From assembly GCA_965207885.1 (NCBI GenBank), contig OZ242311.1, forward strand, positions 3,264,001 to 3,328,000: a stretch of DNA of 64,000 nucleotides, written 5' to 3'. Positions 47,759 through 58,259 of this stretch are shown here, piece after piece; the stretch's first letter is position 1, and every line of letters begins with the position of its first letter. This DNA comes from Candidatus Latescibacterota bacterium. GTDB lineage: Bacteria; Latescibacterota; UBA2968. The notes below the pieces were generated by a model. That model was given only the letters and a program-made list of their open reading frames with translations. It was not told where the DNA came from and searched no databases. The position numbers were made by a program, and so were the translations under genes.

Positions 47759-50700
47759 TTATAAACTCCCGAATTGATATGTAAGGCCCAGCTTCAACCG
47801 CCGCTCTTTGGGATCGTGCGTGAAGCCATCGTAGGCTTGCTCGATATTCACCAGAGGTGGCCTGGTGCCGAGCAGATTCATTCCGGAGAATGCGATGTTC
47901 ACCCCTCTGGATATATTCCAAAGAAAACTCACATCCCATGTGACAAACGAGTCAATAGTGCCGAACAAATTTCTAATAGTATCATTATCGGATCCCATTG
48001 ATCCGCGGTCCTCATAAGACGAAATATAGTTCAGATAGCTCACGAGGCTGTAGGTTTTCCAATGATAGCCCGCCGATACTCGCCCTTTCAACTTGGGAAG
48101 CGAAGTCGCAATGGGATTGCCAAAATTCAAGTAACCCGCAGCGTCTGCCGCCTCCAGGAGCACCAGATCGCTATTGCCCAGCATCAGAGCCTTTGTCTCA
48201 TAAGCCAGCGTATAAGTGCCGTCCAAGCTCGCCGCGAATTGCCCTGGGCCCGCTGGCATCCGCGTACCCAGATGCACATCGACTCCTGAAGTCTTGACTC
48301 CCGGCCAGTTGACGATATCAACTCGCACCCGCTCGAGTTCTGAGGCCGCGCAGGTGCCAGTGCCTACCCCATCCGGACAAACAATAAACTGCTTCACCGC
48401 ATCCCGCACGCGCTGATCCTCGGAGTCGTAAAGGCCGGTAATGGCACCGTAGGGCATAGCACCGATTACATCCTTGAAATCGTAGCTCCAATAGTCGAAT
48501 GTCGCTTCAAAGCCTGCCTCTGTGACCAGCGCGAGACCCGCATTATAGGTAAATGCCTGTTCGGGTTTGAGGTCCTTGCTTCCAATTCTATCGACCGTCT
48601 GGTACGCACCCGTCTGGTTGATCCACTCGAGCGTCGATAACGGGCTTTCGTTTACATCGTCCAGCGATGGCGTGCGAAATGTCGTCTGCACCGAGCCGCG
48701 CATAAACAGGGAATGGGTCGGGGATTCCAAAAGCTGCATGCGCCAGCCGACCTTGGGATCAAAACTGCTCGCCACATCGTGGAACTCGTAGTTCGCGGCG
48801 AGTTGCACATCAACGCGCTCTCCCAGGCTCAGGGGAATTTCGCCAAAAAAGCGATGTACCGTCTGGTCTTCGGAGTATGGTCGATTCACATTCGTGAACG
48901 CATAGGGACCGAACTTATCTTCCTCTGAGCAACCCTTATCTCCCGGAACCGGGCATGGGTTGATGGTCACATCACCCGGATCGTTCGGATCGCCAGTAGC
49001 ACTGAGCTTGCGGAACTGATACCCGGCGGCATAACTCGCGTTGAGCCAGACGTTCTCTGTCCATGTTCCTGTCAGCGTCGCATCGGCGACCAGCATATCT
49101 GCGGTACTTTGTAGATCGACTTCCTGATTGGCGAGCCACTCCCGCAATTCGGGACTATTCGCAAGATCGGGGCGATAACCGGGATTCGGCGAGTTCTCAA
49201 AATTCGAGCCATGTTGATCCGTGAACTCAATGGCATTGCTGAAGGGGTTGTAGTACTCGCAATTGCCCTGCCCTGCTACCTGGTCGTAGATCCGTCCGAG
49301 TCGCATTCCCGCAAGAGACGTCGGATCTGCTACCACGTCAACGCCGCAATTTGGTCCCCCAAAACCGCGGAAGCCGAGGAATAACCGCTCAATGTACACC
49401 CCCGGCAAATTGTAATTGCCCGAAGTGCGCGAATAAGAGAGACCCACGTCAAAATGGGTATCTCGACCACCGAAAGCCTTAAAATCGCCATTTGCCGAAG
49501 CCGCCATGCGCAAAGTGCTGGATTCGCGGCCCAACCTGCGCCCTGGCCCCGAGTTCCCGAATGGTCGCCCATTGAAATACCAGTTCTCGCCGCCATGGCA
49601 GGCGTCGTAATACAGATCGCCGGGATTTGCACCGTAATTCTGGCAAAAAGCCTGCCGCCCCGGATGATCGGGCGCGACCTCCATAATACTCGTGTCTGTC
49701 AATGGGAACGGCGGATACGAAGGCGTCGTGTACCAATCGGGGATCTCGGCCTCGGCCCACAGGTACTCCACATGATAATTCGTACCATTGTCCAGAGTGC
49801 CATTGAGCTCAGAAAAAACACGGATATGGCTCATTTTTTCGACCAGATTCTCATACTGCTGATAGCGGAAGCGGCATGTCCAGGATTCCCGGAAACCGCC
49901 AAATTCCTCACATCGGGGAGCGTGGATGGCAGCGGTCCACGGAGCGGGAGCACCAATGGCAAAGGTGCCTGGATTCCCCAAACTCGACCATCCCAGACGT
50001 TGCCCTCCGCCATGCCAGGGCTGCAACAAATAATCCCTCTCTGTAGAAGGTAGCGCCTGGCGCCCCATCCATTCCGCAGAAATAACCGCATGAGTTTCAT
50101 CGGCGAGTTTTTTGCCCCATATTGCGCCTATATTTGTATCGCCTGCGCCTTCGAAATACTCGTGGGCACCCGAGATTTCAAAACCCTCAAAATCGGATCG
50201 GGTCAAAAAATTGGCAACGCCAGCCACTGCATCCGATCCATAGATGGCCGAAGCTCCCTCCTTGAGGACCTCAATCCGGTCAATGGCGATAGAGGGAATA
50301 ACATTTACATCGACAAAGCGTCCACCGATCAAGCGCGCCGGGACATAGGTCTGTCGGCGGCTATTGATCAACACCAGCGTCCGCGATGCACCAAGCCCAC
50401 GCAGGTTCACATTGGCGATGCTCTCCGTAAGCGTGGCAGCCTGGCCCGAATTGTACCAGCTGCTCCGTTCGCCGATTACGCCGTGGCTCGCACCCAGATT
50501 CTTAAAAAAATCAACCGCCTGTGGAGACCCTTGCTCTGCCATCTTTTCTCGCCCAACCACAGCGACCGCATACGTCATACTGATGGGCGCCTCCTTAAAC
50601 GCCGTACCAGTCACAACCACTTCATCCAGATAAAGCACGGAGGAATTCATCTGCAACGCAACCGTCACGGTTTCTCCTGCCGTCACAGTAATAACTGCTG

Positions 50701-50959
50701 TCGCGGTCGCATAGCCGATCAGATCGGCTCTCAGTTCGTGTGCCCCAGAAGGCACATTTGGAATGGTAAAGCGACCTTGCTCATCTGACACTACTCCCAG
50801 TTTCAGAGTCGGAATATGGACCTGTACCGCTTCTAATTTATCTCCGCTTGTAGCGTCGGTCACTGTACCGGTAATAGTTCCAACAGATTGCGCCTGGACC
50901 ACGCCAGAAAGCAATCCCACACATACCAGAATCGGAATAAATCTGTTCAAGAAAAACAT
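47759..50959 (-). CDS. TonB-dependent receptor (copy B)
   Basis: Signal peptide; carboxypeptidase-regulatory-like N-domain; DEVVVTG, NLRGLGASRTLVL, RIEVLKEGASAIYGSDAVAGV. Confidence 0.95.
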   Translation of the reverse strand: MFFLNRFIPILVCVGLLSGVVQAQSVGTITGTVTDATSGDKLEAVQVHIPTLKLGVVSDEQGRFTIPNVPSGAHELRADLIGYATATAVITVTAGETVTVALQMNSSVLYLDEVVVTGTAFKEAPISMTYAVAVVGREKMAEQGSPQAVDFFKNLGASHGVIGERSSWYNSGQAATLTESIANVNLRGLGASRTLVLINSRRQTYVPARLIGGRFVDVNVIPSIAIDRIEVLKEGASAIYGSDAVAGVANFLTRSDFEGFEISGAHEYFEGAGDTNIGAIWGKKLADETHAVISAEWMGRQALPSTERDYLLQPWHGGGQRLGWSSLGNPGTFAIGAPAPWTAAIHAPRCEEFGGFRESWTCRFRYQQYENLVEKMSHIRVFSELNGTLDNGTNYHVEYLWAEAEIPDWYTTPSYPPFPLTDTSIMEVAPDHPGRQAFCQNYGANPGDLYYDACHGGENWYFNGRPFGNSGPGRRLGRESSTLRMAASANGDFKAFGGRDTHFDVGLSYSRTSGNYNLPGVYIERLFLGFRGFGGPNCGVDVVADPTSLAGMRLGRIYDQVAGQGNCEYYNPFSNAIEFTDQHGSNFENSPNPGYRPDLANSPELREWLANQEVDLQSTADMLVADATLTGTWTENVWLNASYAAGYQFRKLSATGDPNDPGDVTINPCPVPGDKGCSEEDKFGPYAFTNVNRPYSEDQTVHRFFGEIPLSLGERVDVQLAANYEFHDVASSFDPKVGWRMQLLESPTHSLFMRGSVQTTFRTPSLDDVNESPLSTLEWINQTGAYQTVDRIGSKDLKPEQAFTYNAGLALVTEAGFEATFDYWSYDFKDVIGAMPYGAITGLYDSEDQRVRDAVKQFIVCPDGVGTGTCAASELERVRVDIVNWPGVKTSGVDVHLGTRMPAGPGQFAASLDGTYTLAYETKALMLGNSDLVLLEAADAAGYLNFGNPIATSLPKLKGRVSAGYHWKTYSLVSYLNYISSYEDRGSMGSDNDTIRNLFGTIDSFVTWDVSFLWNISRGVNIAFSGMNLLGTRPPLVNIEQAYDGFTHDPKERRLKLGLTYQFGSL

Positions 50960-51107
50960 TGGTCCTCCCTTTCTGTTATTTCAACTGTACCGCAGAACTT
51001 CAGATAGTTTTAGGGGTTAGAGACTCTTTAAAATTCCCTTAAAAAAATATGTTGAAATCCTCCCAATGTCAAATTCTTGCCCGGAAATGTTGAGCTGTTT
51101 AAGACTC

Positions 51108-52655
51108 TCATCCGCGCGATTCCCGCACTTCGCTGCGAAGCCCCATCCAAACGCAGACAGCCATTCCCAATAGCACAATAGCGAACGGAAAGCCCGTTGT
51201 GAGCGATGCGGCTTGCAACGCACTCAAACCTCCGCCCAGCAGAAGCGCTATGGCGACTAACCCCTCAATCGTACACCAAAAAACGCGTTGTGCGACTGGC
51301 GCATCAACCTTGCCGCCGGCTGCAATGGTGTCGAGAATCAATGATCCAGAATCTGACGAAGTAACAAAAAACACGACGGTCAAAAGCATCGCCACAGATG
51401 AAAGCAGGGTCGCCATTGGCAATTTATCAAACATTTTGAACAATGCGATTTCGAGCTTCCACCCCTCGACATTTTCTGTTACACCGGTATAGCCCTCAAC
51501 GATGTGTTGATAAAACGCCGTACCGCTAAAAGTGCCGAACCACAGCAGGCATAAAAGCGTTGGTAGCAGAAGCACAGAGACGACAAATTCGCGCACTGTG
51601 CGCCCCTTTGAAATGCGAGCGATGAACGTACCGACAAACGGTGCCCAGGCAAACCACCACGCCCAGTAGAAAGTCGTCCAGTCTCGCACGAAGGCGACAT
51701 CCTCCCGCCCAATCCAATTGCTGAGCGGTACAACCTGCGCGAAATAACTACCGAATCCAGCGAAGATACTGCGAAAAATGTAGAGCGTTGGACCGAGCGA
51801 GATAACAGTCAATAACAACAAAAACGCGATAATGATATTGAACTGGCTCAAACGCTTAATACCGATATTAATACCCGTCAGCACCGATATGAGCGCGATG
51901 GACGTGATCGCCACAATTAGCACCACCATAGTGGTATTGTTCGCGGGAATATCAAACAGATAATTTAATCCGGAAGTAACCTGCTGAACCCCCAGACCGA
52001 GAGAGGTTGCAAGCCCAAACAATCCCGCGAATATGGCGAAAGTATCAATAATATGTCCGGGCCAGCCCCAGACGCGATCGCCAAATAAGGGATAGAACGC
52101 CGAGCGAATGGTGAGGGGCAACCCCCGGTTGTACGAGAAGTAACCCAGAGCGAGTCCAACGACGCCGTAGATCGCCCAACCGTGTAACCCCCAATGAAAA
52201 ACCGTCGCCGCTATGCCGGCAGCAATAGCCTCATCTGTTCTCGGATTAATGCCGAGCGGCGGATTTTGATAGTAGTACACCGGTTCCGCCACCCCAAAAA
52301 ACAGCAAACCTATACCCACGCCAGCAGCAAAAAGCATGGCAAGATAGGTTAAATAGGTGTATTCGGGTTTTGCATCTACGCCGCCCAGGCGCACCTTTCC
52401 AAGAGGCGATAGCGCCACATAAAAACAAAAGAGCACGACGAGATTGGCCGCAATAATAAAAAACCAATCGAGATTCGCAGTGAGCCACTCGCGGATATTT
52501 TTAAACCCTTCAGTCGCGGCTTCCTGAAAGACAAGAGCGCCAGTCACAAATGCGACAATGGTAATACCGGAAATCACAAACACTGGCGTCAGATAAATAT
52601 CTAAACCGAATAGCTTGCGGTACTCCCTATCATGTAATCCTTTAGGTATTTGCAA
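51108..52655 (-). CDS. BCCT (betaine/carnitine/choline) family transporter
   Basis: MLFAAGVGIGL, FHWGLHGWAIY, WTTFYWAWWFAWAPFVG, FFVTSSDSGS. Confidence 0.96.
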   Translation of the reverse strand: MQIPKGLHDREYRKLFGLDIYLTPVFVISGITIVAFVTGALVFQEAATEGFKNIREWLTANLDWFFIIAANLVVLFCFYVALSPLGKVRLGGVDAKPEYTYLTYLAMLFAAGVGIGLLFFGVAEPVYYYQNPPLGINPRTDEAIAAGIAATVFHWGLHGWAIYGVVGLALGYFSYNRGLPLTIRSAFYPLFGDRVWGWPGHIIDTFAIFAGLFGLATSLGLGVQQVTSGLNYLFDIPANNTTMVVLIVAITSIALISVLTGINIGIKRLSQFNIIIAFLLLLTVISLGPTLYIFRSIFAGFGSYFAQVVPLSNWIGREDVAFVRDWTTFYWAWWFAWAPFVGTFIARISKGRTVREFVVSVLLLPTLLCLLWFGTFSGTAFYQHIVEGYTGVTENVEGWKLEIALFKMFDKLPMATLLSSVAMLLTVVFFVTSSDSGSLILDTIAAGGKVDAPVAQRVFWCTIEGLVAIALLLGGGLSALQAASLTTGFPFAIVLLGMAVCVWMGLRSEVRESRG

Positions 52656-52668
52656 AGCGTTCCTTCCG

Positions 52669-55600
52669 TCAACGTCCGAGTTGATATGTCACCGCCAACT
52701 TCAACTGCCGACCTTTGGGATCGTGCGTAAAACCATCGTAGGCTTGTTCCACATTGACCAGCGGCGGCCTGGTATCAATCAAATTTCGCCCGGAGATGGC
52801 GATATTGATACCTCTGGACAAATTCCACAAAAAGCTGGCGTCCCATGTGACAAAAGCGTCTATAATGGGAAATAAATCTTCCGACGCCCGATCTTCATAA
52901 GACGAAATGTAGTTCAAGTAGCTGACCAGGCTGTAGTGTTTATAGTGATAGGCTGCGGATATCCGACTCTTCAATTTGGGCAAAGATGTCACGAGGGGAT
53001 TGTCGAAGTTCAGGTAGCCCACGGCGTCCAGTTCGGATTGGATCTCCAAATCGTCCAGCATCAGAGCCTTTGTCTGGTAATCGAGGGTATAAGTGCCGTC
53101 CAGGCTGGTTGTAAATTGTCCCGATCCCGCCTGCATCCGGGCGCTCAAATACACGTCAAAAACCGAAGTTTTGACCCCCGGCCAATTGACGAGATCAATG
53201 CGTACCCGATCGAGTTCTGCAGCCGTACAGGTACCGGTGCCAATACCATCTGGACATACGATGTATTGCTTCACCAGATCCCTGGTCGCGGATTCGTCAT
53301 ATAGGTTGACAATCGCACTATGGGGCATGGCGCCGATCACATCGCTGAAATCGTAGTGCCAGTAATCCAACGTTGCTTCAAAGCCAGCCTCTGTATTTAA
53401 AGCAAGGCCCGCATTATAGGTGAACGCTTGTTCGGGCTTGAGATCGGGGCTACCAATTCTATCCACCGCACGGTACGTGCTCGTTTGTGGCACCCATTCG
53501 AGCGTTGTCAACGGGCTTTCATTGACATCGTCCAGCGATGGCGTGCGAAAAGACGTCTGCACCGAGCCGCGCAGAAACGCGGAATGGGTCGGAGATTCCG
53601 AGAGTTGATAGCGCCACCCAAATTTGGGATCAAAACTGCTCGCCACATCGTGGAATTCGTAATTCGCAGCCAATTGCACGTCAAAACGCTCGCCCAGGCT
53701 CAGGGGAATTTCGCCAAAAAAGCGATGTACCGTCTGATCTGCCTCATAAGGCCGATGCACATTCGTGAAAACATAGGGACCGAACTTATCGCGCTCAGTA
53801 CATCCCTTATCGCCTGCAACCGGACAGGGATTGATGGTGACATCGCCCGCGTCATTGGGATCGCCAACCGCGCTGATCCGGCGAAACTGATATCCGGCGG
53901 CATAACTCGCGTTGAGCCAGACATTTTCCGTCCATGTCCCAGTCAGCGTCGCATCGGCAACTATCATATCCGCCGTGCTCTGCAAATTGACTTCCTCTGC
54001 GCCGAGCCATTCCCGCAGTTCGGGACTGTTTGCAAGTTCGGGGCGATATTCCGGATTGCGCTGATCCAGGTATAAGGCACCGGGTTGGGCGGAATACTCA
54101 ATGGCATTATTAAAAGGATTGAAATACATACAGTTGCCGTGCCCCGGCACTTTGCCACTGAGGGTGCTCGGGTCGAGTCTCATTTTGGCGTCACTCGAAG
54201 CATCTGCGATCACACCCACACCGCAATCCGGCCCGCCATAACCTCGAAAGGCGAGGAACAGGCGTTCGTTGTAGATGCCCGGCAGATTCATGTTCCCCGC
54301 GGTGTGGGAATAGGAAAGCCCCACGTCAAAACTGGCGTCCCGCCCACCAAATGCTTTGAAATCGCGGTCTGCGGAAGCAGCTACGCGCCAGGTGCGAGAC
54401 TGGCGCGACAGTGTGCGCCCAGGGCCCGAATTGCCAAACGTGCGCCCATTAAAATACCAGTTCGTCTCCCCATCGGCGCAGGCTTCGGCTACTTTGTCCG
54501 CATCGTAAGAACCGCTCCCTGCGTAGTTTCCCTGATCCTCGCAAAATGCCCGCCGCCCCGGGTGGTCGGGCGCGACTTCCATGATGGTCGTGTGAAACAG
54601 AGGGATGGGCGGATAAGAAGGCGTTGTGAGCCAATCGGGAATCTCGGATTCAGACAGCAATGCCTCAATGTGGTAATCCGTGCCATTGTCCAGAGAACCG
54701 TTGATCTCGGCAAAAGCGCGGATATACTGCTTTTTATCGATCAGATTGTCCCAGGGTTGATAGCGGAAGCGGCACGTCCAACTCAATTCTACCCCACCAA
54801 ATTCCTCACAGCGGCGATCGTGGATATCCGCGGTCCAGATAGCGGGTGCCCCAAGCGTGAAGACGCCGGGATTCCCAATGCCCGACCATCCCCCGCGTTG
54901 CCCACCGCCGTGCCATGGCAGCAGCAGATAATCTCTTTCTTCGGTCGCCAACTGCTGCTGACCGCTCCATTCTGCCGAAATTACGGCATGGGCGTTGCCG
55001 AATTTTCTACCCCATATCGCGCTCACATTCGTATCGCCAGCACCTGCGAAATAATTGTGGGCTGCCGAGACCTCAAAGCCCTCAAAATCCGCGCGAGTCA
55101 AAAAGTTGGCAACGCCAGCCACAGCATCCGATCCGTAGATCGCTCCCGCGCCTTCCTTGAGTACCTCAATGCGGTCAATAGCTATCGAAGGCATCGCATT
55201 TACATCTACGAAGCGCCCCCCAATCAAGCGCGCTGGCACATAGACCTGACGCCGGCCATTGAACAACACCAGGGTGCGCGAAGCCCCGAGGCCGCGCAGG
55301 TTCACATTGGCGATATTCTCTGGAAGCGTGGCGGCTTGACCGGCATTGTACCAACTGTTTCGCTCGCCGATTACGCCGTGACTCGCCCCCAGATTTTTGA
55401 AGAAATCTACCGCCTGCGGAGACCCCTGTTCTGCCATCTTTTCTCGCCCGACCACGGCGACCGCATAGGTCAAACTGATAGGCGATTCCTCAAACGCCGT
55501 ACCCGTCACCACCACTTCATCCAGATAAAGCGCGGACAAGGCCATCTGCAAAGCAACCGTCATTGTCTGTCCAGCCATCACAGTAATCGCGACTGTTGCA

Positions 55601-55854
55601 CTCGCATAGCCGATCAAATCGGCCTTCAGTTCATACGTGCCAACTGGCACATTTTCGATAATAAAGCGGCCCTGCTCATCCGACACTGCGTCCAGTTTCA
55701 AGACCGGAATATAGATCTGCACCGCTTCCAACTTCTCTCCACTTTCAGCATCGGTCACTGTGCCGGTAATAGTTCCAACAGATTGAGCCTCACTCACCCC
55801 CCAAAACAATGCCGCGCATACCAGAATCGGAATATACCTGCAAAAGAAAGCCAT
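52669..55854 (-). CDS. TonB-dependent receptor (copy A)
   Basis: Same motifs as copy B and collinear with it. Confidence 0.95.
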   Translation of the reverse strand: MAFFCRYIPILVCAALFWGVSEAQSVGTITGTVTDAESGEKLEAVQIYIPVLKLDAVSDEQGRFIIENVPVGTYELKADLIGYASATVAITVMAGQTMTVALQMALSALYLDEVVVTGTAFEESPISLTYAVAVVGREKMAEQGSPQAVDFFKNLGASHGVIGERNSWYNAGQAATLPENIANVNLRGLGASRTLVLFNGRRQVYVPARLIGGRFVDVNAMPSIAIDRIEVLKEGAGAIYGSDAVAGVANFLTRADFEGFEVSAAHNYFAGAGDTNVSAIWGRKFGNAHAVISAEWSGQQQLATEERDYLLLPWHGGGQRGGWSGIGNPGVFTLGAPAIWTADIHDRRCEEFGGVELSWTCRFRYQPWDNLIDKKQYIRAFAEINGSLDNGTDYHIEALLSESEIPDWLTTPSYPPIPLFHTTIMEVAPDHPGRRAFCEDQGNYAGSGSYDADKVAEACADGETNWYFNGRTFGNSGPGRTLSRQSRTWRVAASADRDFKAFGGRDASFDVGLSYSHTAGNMNLPGIYNERLFLAFRGYGGPDCGVGVIADASSDAKMRLDPSTLSGKVPGHGNCMYFNPFNNAIEYSAQPGALYLDQRNPEYRPELANSPELREWLGAEEVNLQSTADMIVADATLTGTWTENVWLNASYAAGYQFRRISAVGDPNDAGDVTINPCPVAGDKGCTERDKFGPYVFTNVHRPYEADQTVHRFFGEIPLSLGERFDVQLAANYEFHDVASSFDPKFGWRYQLSESPTHSAFLRGSVQTSFRTPSLDDVNESPLTTLEWVPQTSTYRAVDRIGSPDLKPEQAFTYNAGLALNTEAGFEATLDYWHYDFSDVIGAMPHSAIVNLYDESATRDLVKQYIVCPDGIGTGTCTAAELDRVRIDLVNWPGVKTSVFDVYLSARMQAGSGQFTTSLDGTYTLDYQTKALMLDDLEIQSELDAVGYLNFDNPLVTSLPKLKSRISAAYHYKHYSLVSYLNYISSYEDRASEDLFPIIDAFVTWDASFLWNLSRGINIAISGRNLIDTRPPLVNVEQAYDGFTHDPKGRQLKLAVTYQLGR

Positions 55855-55866
55855 AGGACCTCCCCA

Positions 55867-56928
55867 TTATGCGGGATTTCGTCCGTATCGCACACCTGTG
55901 GGAACAACATCAGTCTCTTTGCCCTCTTGCATCGCCAGAGCCGTATTCAGCGTGCTCCACAAGTCATGCTCGGCATGATATCCGAGAAGATTTTGCGTTT
56001 TTGTTCGATCAAATTCAAAAAAATTCGGCGAGGACATGGTCGCTTCTGTATAGCCTACGCCGAGATAATCGGCAACTTTTGGAACATCGTCTTCCCACAC
56101 GATGAGCATTCCACCAAGGGTAAATGCCTCGCCCACGGCTTCATCGCGCTCCAAACTCAGAGAAAGGCCCAGGGCGATATCCCGCACATCCGCCCACTCC
56201 TGCTTAAAACTCCTGCCATCGGGACACCTGCTAACCAGAACCCGCGCACCATCTGCCCATGCTTTTTTCATAGACGCGAGCTGCGTCCTCTGTTCATCTG
56301 TAGGGTTTTTCTGGCGTTGCAACCGTTCGAGCGGAGGTCTGAGGGTACAAAATTTGGGAACGCCGTCTTCGGTCAAAAATTCGCTCGGTTCAAAAATGGT
56401 CGCAAACCGACACACAACGCTCGGAAAGCCGTATTGAACGTGGTAATTCATCACCAATTCTTCGCCGATCCACTTGGTCAAAAAATAGGGCATCGCTTTA
56501 GTCGCACTGACCATATCTTCGGAAACCGGCTGCTCAAACAAACGCCCGGTCTCTTCAACCTTCCAGTATATCGCTTCTGTACATGCATAGACAAAACGCT
56601 GCAAATTGGGGACCTTCTCTCGCACAGCTTCGAGTAAATGCAGTGTACCCAGCCCATTAATCTGCAAATATTCGATATGGCTATGCGGGCTTGCAAAAGC
56701 CGCTGCCAGATGATATATGGCATCCACACCCTCAACCGCGCGAGATACGGCATCGTAATCGCGCAAGTCGCCTTCTACGACCTCGACTTCATCAATGCCT
56801 TCCCATTTGTCCGCCCGGCTGGCATCACCGGGATAGACAAAGCCGCGTATGTCGTGGCCTTTGTCGAGCAAACGTCTGACCAGATTACCCCCTACTCTTC
56901 CGTGTGACCCCGTCACGAGAATTTTCAT
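55867..56928 (-). CDS. NAD-dependent epimerase/dehydratase (extended SDR)
   Basis: ILVTGSHGRVG, YHLAA, YFLTK (YxxxK). Confidence 0.9.
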   Translation of the reverse strand: MKILVTGSHGRVGGNLVRRLLDKGHDIRGFVYPGDASRADKWEGIDEVEVVEGDLRDYDAVSRAVEGVDAIYHLAAAFASPHSHIEYLQINGLGTLHLLEAVREKVPNLQRFVYACTEAIYWKVEETGRLFEQPVSEDMVSATKAMPYFLTKWIGEELVMNYHVQYGFPSVVCRFATIFEPSEFLTEDGVPKFCTLRPPLERLQRQKNPTDEQRTQLASMKKAWADGARVLVSRCPDGRSFKQEWADVRDIALGLSLSLERDEAVGEAFTLGGMLIVWEDDVPKVADYLGVGYTEATMSSPNFFEFDRTKTQNLLGYHAEHDLWSTLNTALAMQEGKETDVVPTGVRYGRNPA

Positions 56929-56947
56929 AAAGTCCTTCCCAGTTTTT

Positions 56948-58255
56948 TTATTTTACAAAAGCGCGATAAATCGCGATCAGTGCTGTCTCGAGATCGGCTT
57001 CTTCCACTCCCACAATAATATTGATCTCTGAAGCCCCCTGGTCAATCACCCGCACATTCACACCTGCATCTGCCAGCGCAGTAAACAGACGCGCTGCAAT
57101 GCCAACCCTGTGCGACATCCCCTCGCCAACCGTCGCAATCAGCGCAAGCCCGTGGATCAGTTCGGCGCGATCAGGCTCGATAATGCGTTGAATATCTTCG
57201 ACGAGAAGTTCGCCCTTGCCGTCCAATTGCTCATCCTGTATGATCACCGACATTGTATCGATACCCGACGGCGTGTGATCATAACTGATCCCATGTCGTG
57301 CAACCACCTCCAGGACCCGCTGCCCAAACCCCGTTGTCTGATTCATCAGATCTTTTTCAATAAATAGCATACTAAAATTGGGACGTCCCGCAACCCCGGC
57401 GATCAGGCGCTCTGTAAGCTCTCGGCTCGGCAAAATCAACGTGCCCACATCCTCTGGCCGATTGGTATTTCGTATGTGAATGGGAATTTTTGCCGTTCGC
57501 ACCGGAAACATCGCTTCGTCGTGCAAAACATCGGCTCCCATATAGGCCAACTCGCGCATCTCGCGATATGTAATTTCTTCTACAGGCAACGGATTGGGCA
57601 CCAGGCGGGGATCGGCCATGAGCAATCCGGACACATCCGTCCAGTTTTCGTACACTTCTGCTCCAACTGCGCGGGCGACAATCGCACCGGTAATATCTGA
57701 CCCCCCACGAGAAAATGTCACTATCTCACCCTCTACATCCGCACCGTAAAATCCCGGAATAACATACAGCCGATCATCTGAAAGACGTGCCCTCAATCGC
57801 CGATATGAATCGCTGTCAAGGCGCCCATCAGCCCGAAAGAGTATCGCCTCGGCTGGATCGACAAACACCGCATCTAAAACATCGGCTAAGATGCGCCCGC
57901 ACAAATACTCGCCGCGCGACGCCACGTAATCTCGCCCTGCACCATTCGCGATCCCGCTCTCGACCTCAGCGAGCAGACTCTCCATATCTATTGACACACC
58001 AAGAGCCTTTGAGAGATCCAAAAATCGCGTACTAATTTTATTAAAAGGCTCTGAAAAATCGACATTTTGTCTCGCGAGTTCGTGGCACAAATAGAGCAAA
58101 TCAGTAATTTTTGTATCATCTTCAGACCGCTTACCAGGCGCGGAAGGCACGACAAAACAGCGGCGTCCATCCCTTCGCACAATAGACACTACCTTCTCGA
58201 CCTGTGTGGCATCAGCAACCGATGAACCGCCAAATTTACAAACAATTTTTTTCAT
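56948..58255 (-). CDS. lysC: Aspartate kinase
   Basis: KFGGSSV, VPSAPGKR, FSRGGSD, WTDVSG, two ACT domains. Confidence 0.93.
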   Translation of the reverse strand: MKKIVCKFGGSSVADATQVEKVVSIVRRDGRRCFVVPSAPGKRSEDDTKITDLLYLCHELARQNVDFSEPFNKISTRFLDLSKALGVSIDMESLLAEVESGIANGAGRDYVASRGEYLCGRILADVLDAVFVDPAEAILFRADGRLDSDSYRRLRARLSDDRLYVIPGFYGADVEGEIVTFSRGGSDITGAIVARAVGAEVYENWTDVSGLLMADPRLVPNPLPVEEITYREMRELAYMGADVLHDEAMFPVRTAKIPIHIRNTNRPEDVGTLILPSRELTERLIAGVAGRPNFSMLFIEKDLMNQTTGFGQRVLEVVARHGISYDHTPSGIDTMSVIIQDEQLDGKGELLVEDIQRIIEPDRAELIHGLALIATVGEGMSHRVGIAARLFTALADAGVNVRVIDQGASEINIIVGVEEADLETALIAIYRAFVK

Positions 58256-58259
58256 AATC

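Noticed and set aside
54085-56637. 850-aa plus-strand ORF
   Set aside because: It lies exactly codon-antiparallel to two genuine minus-strand genes that share a frame, and has no motifs; a typical antisense shadow ORF
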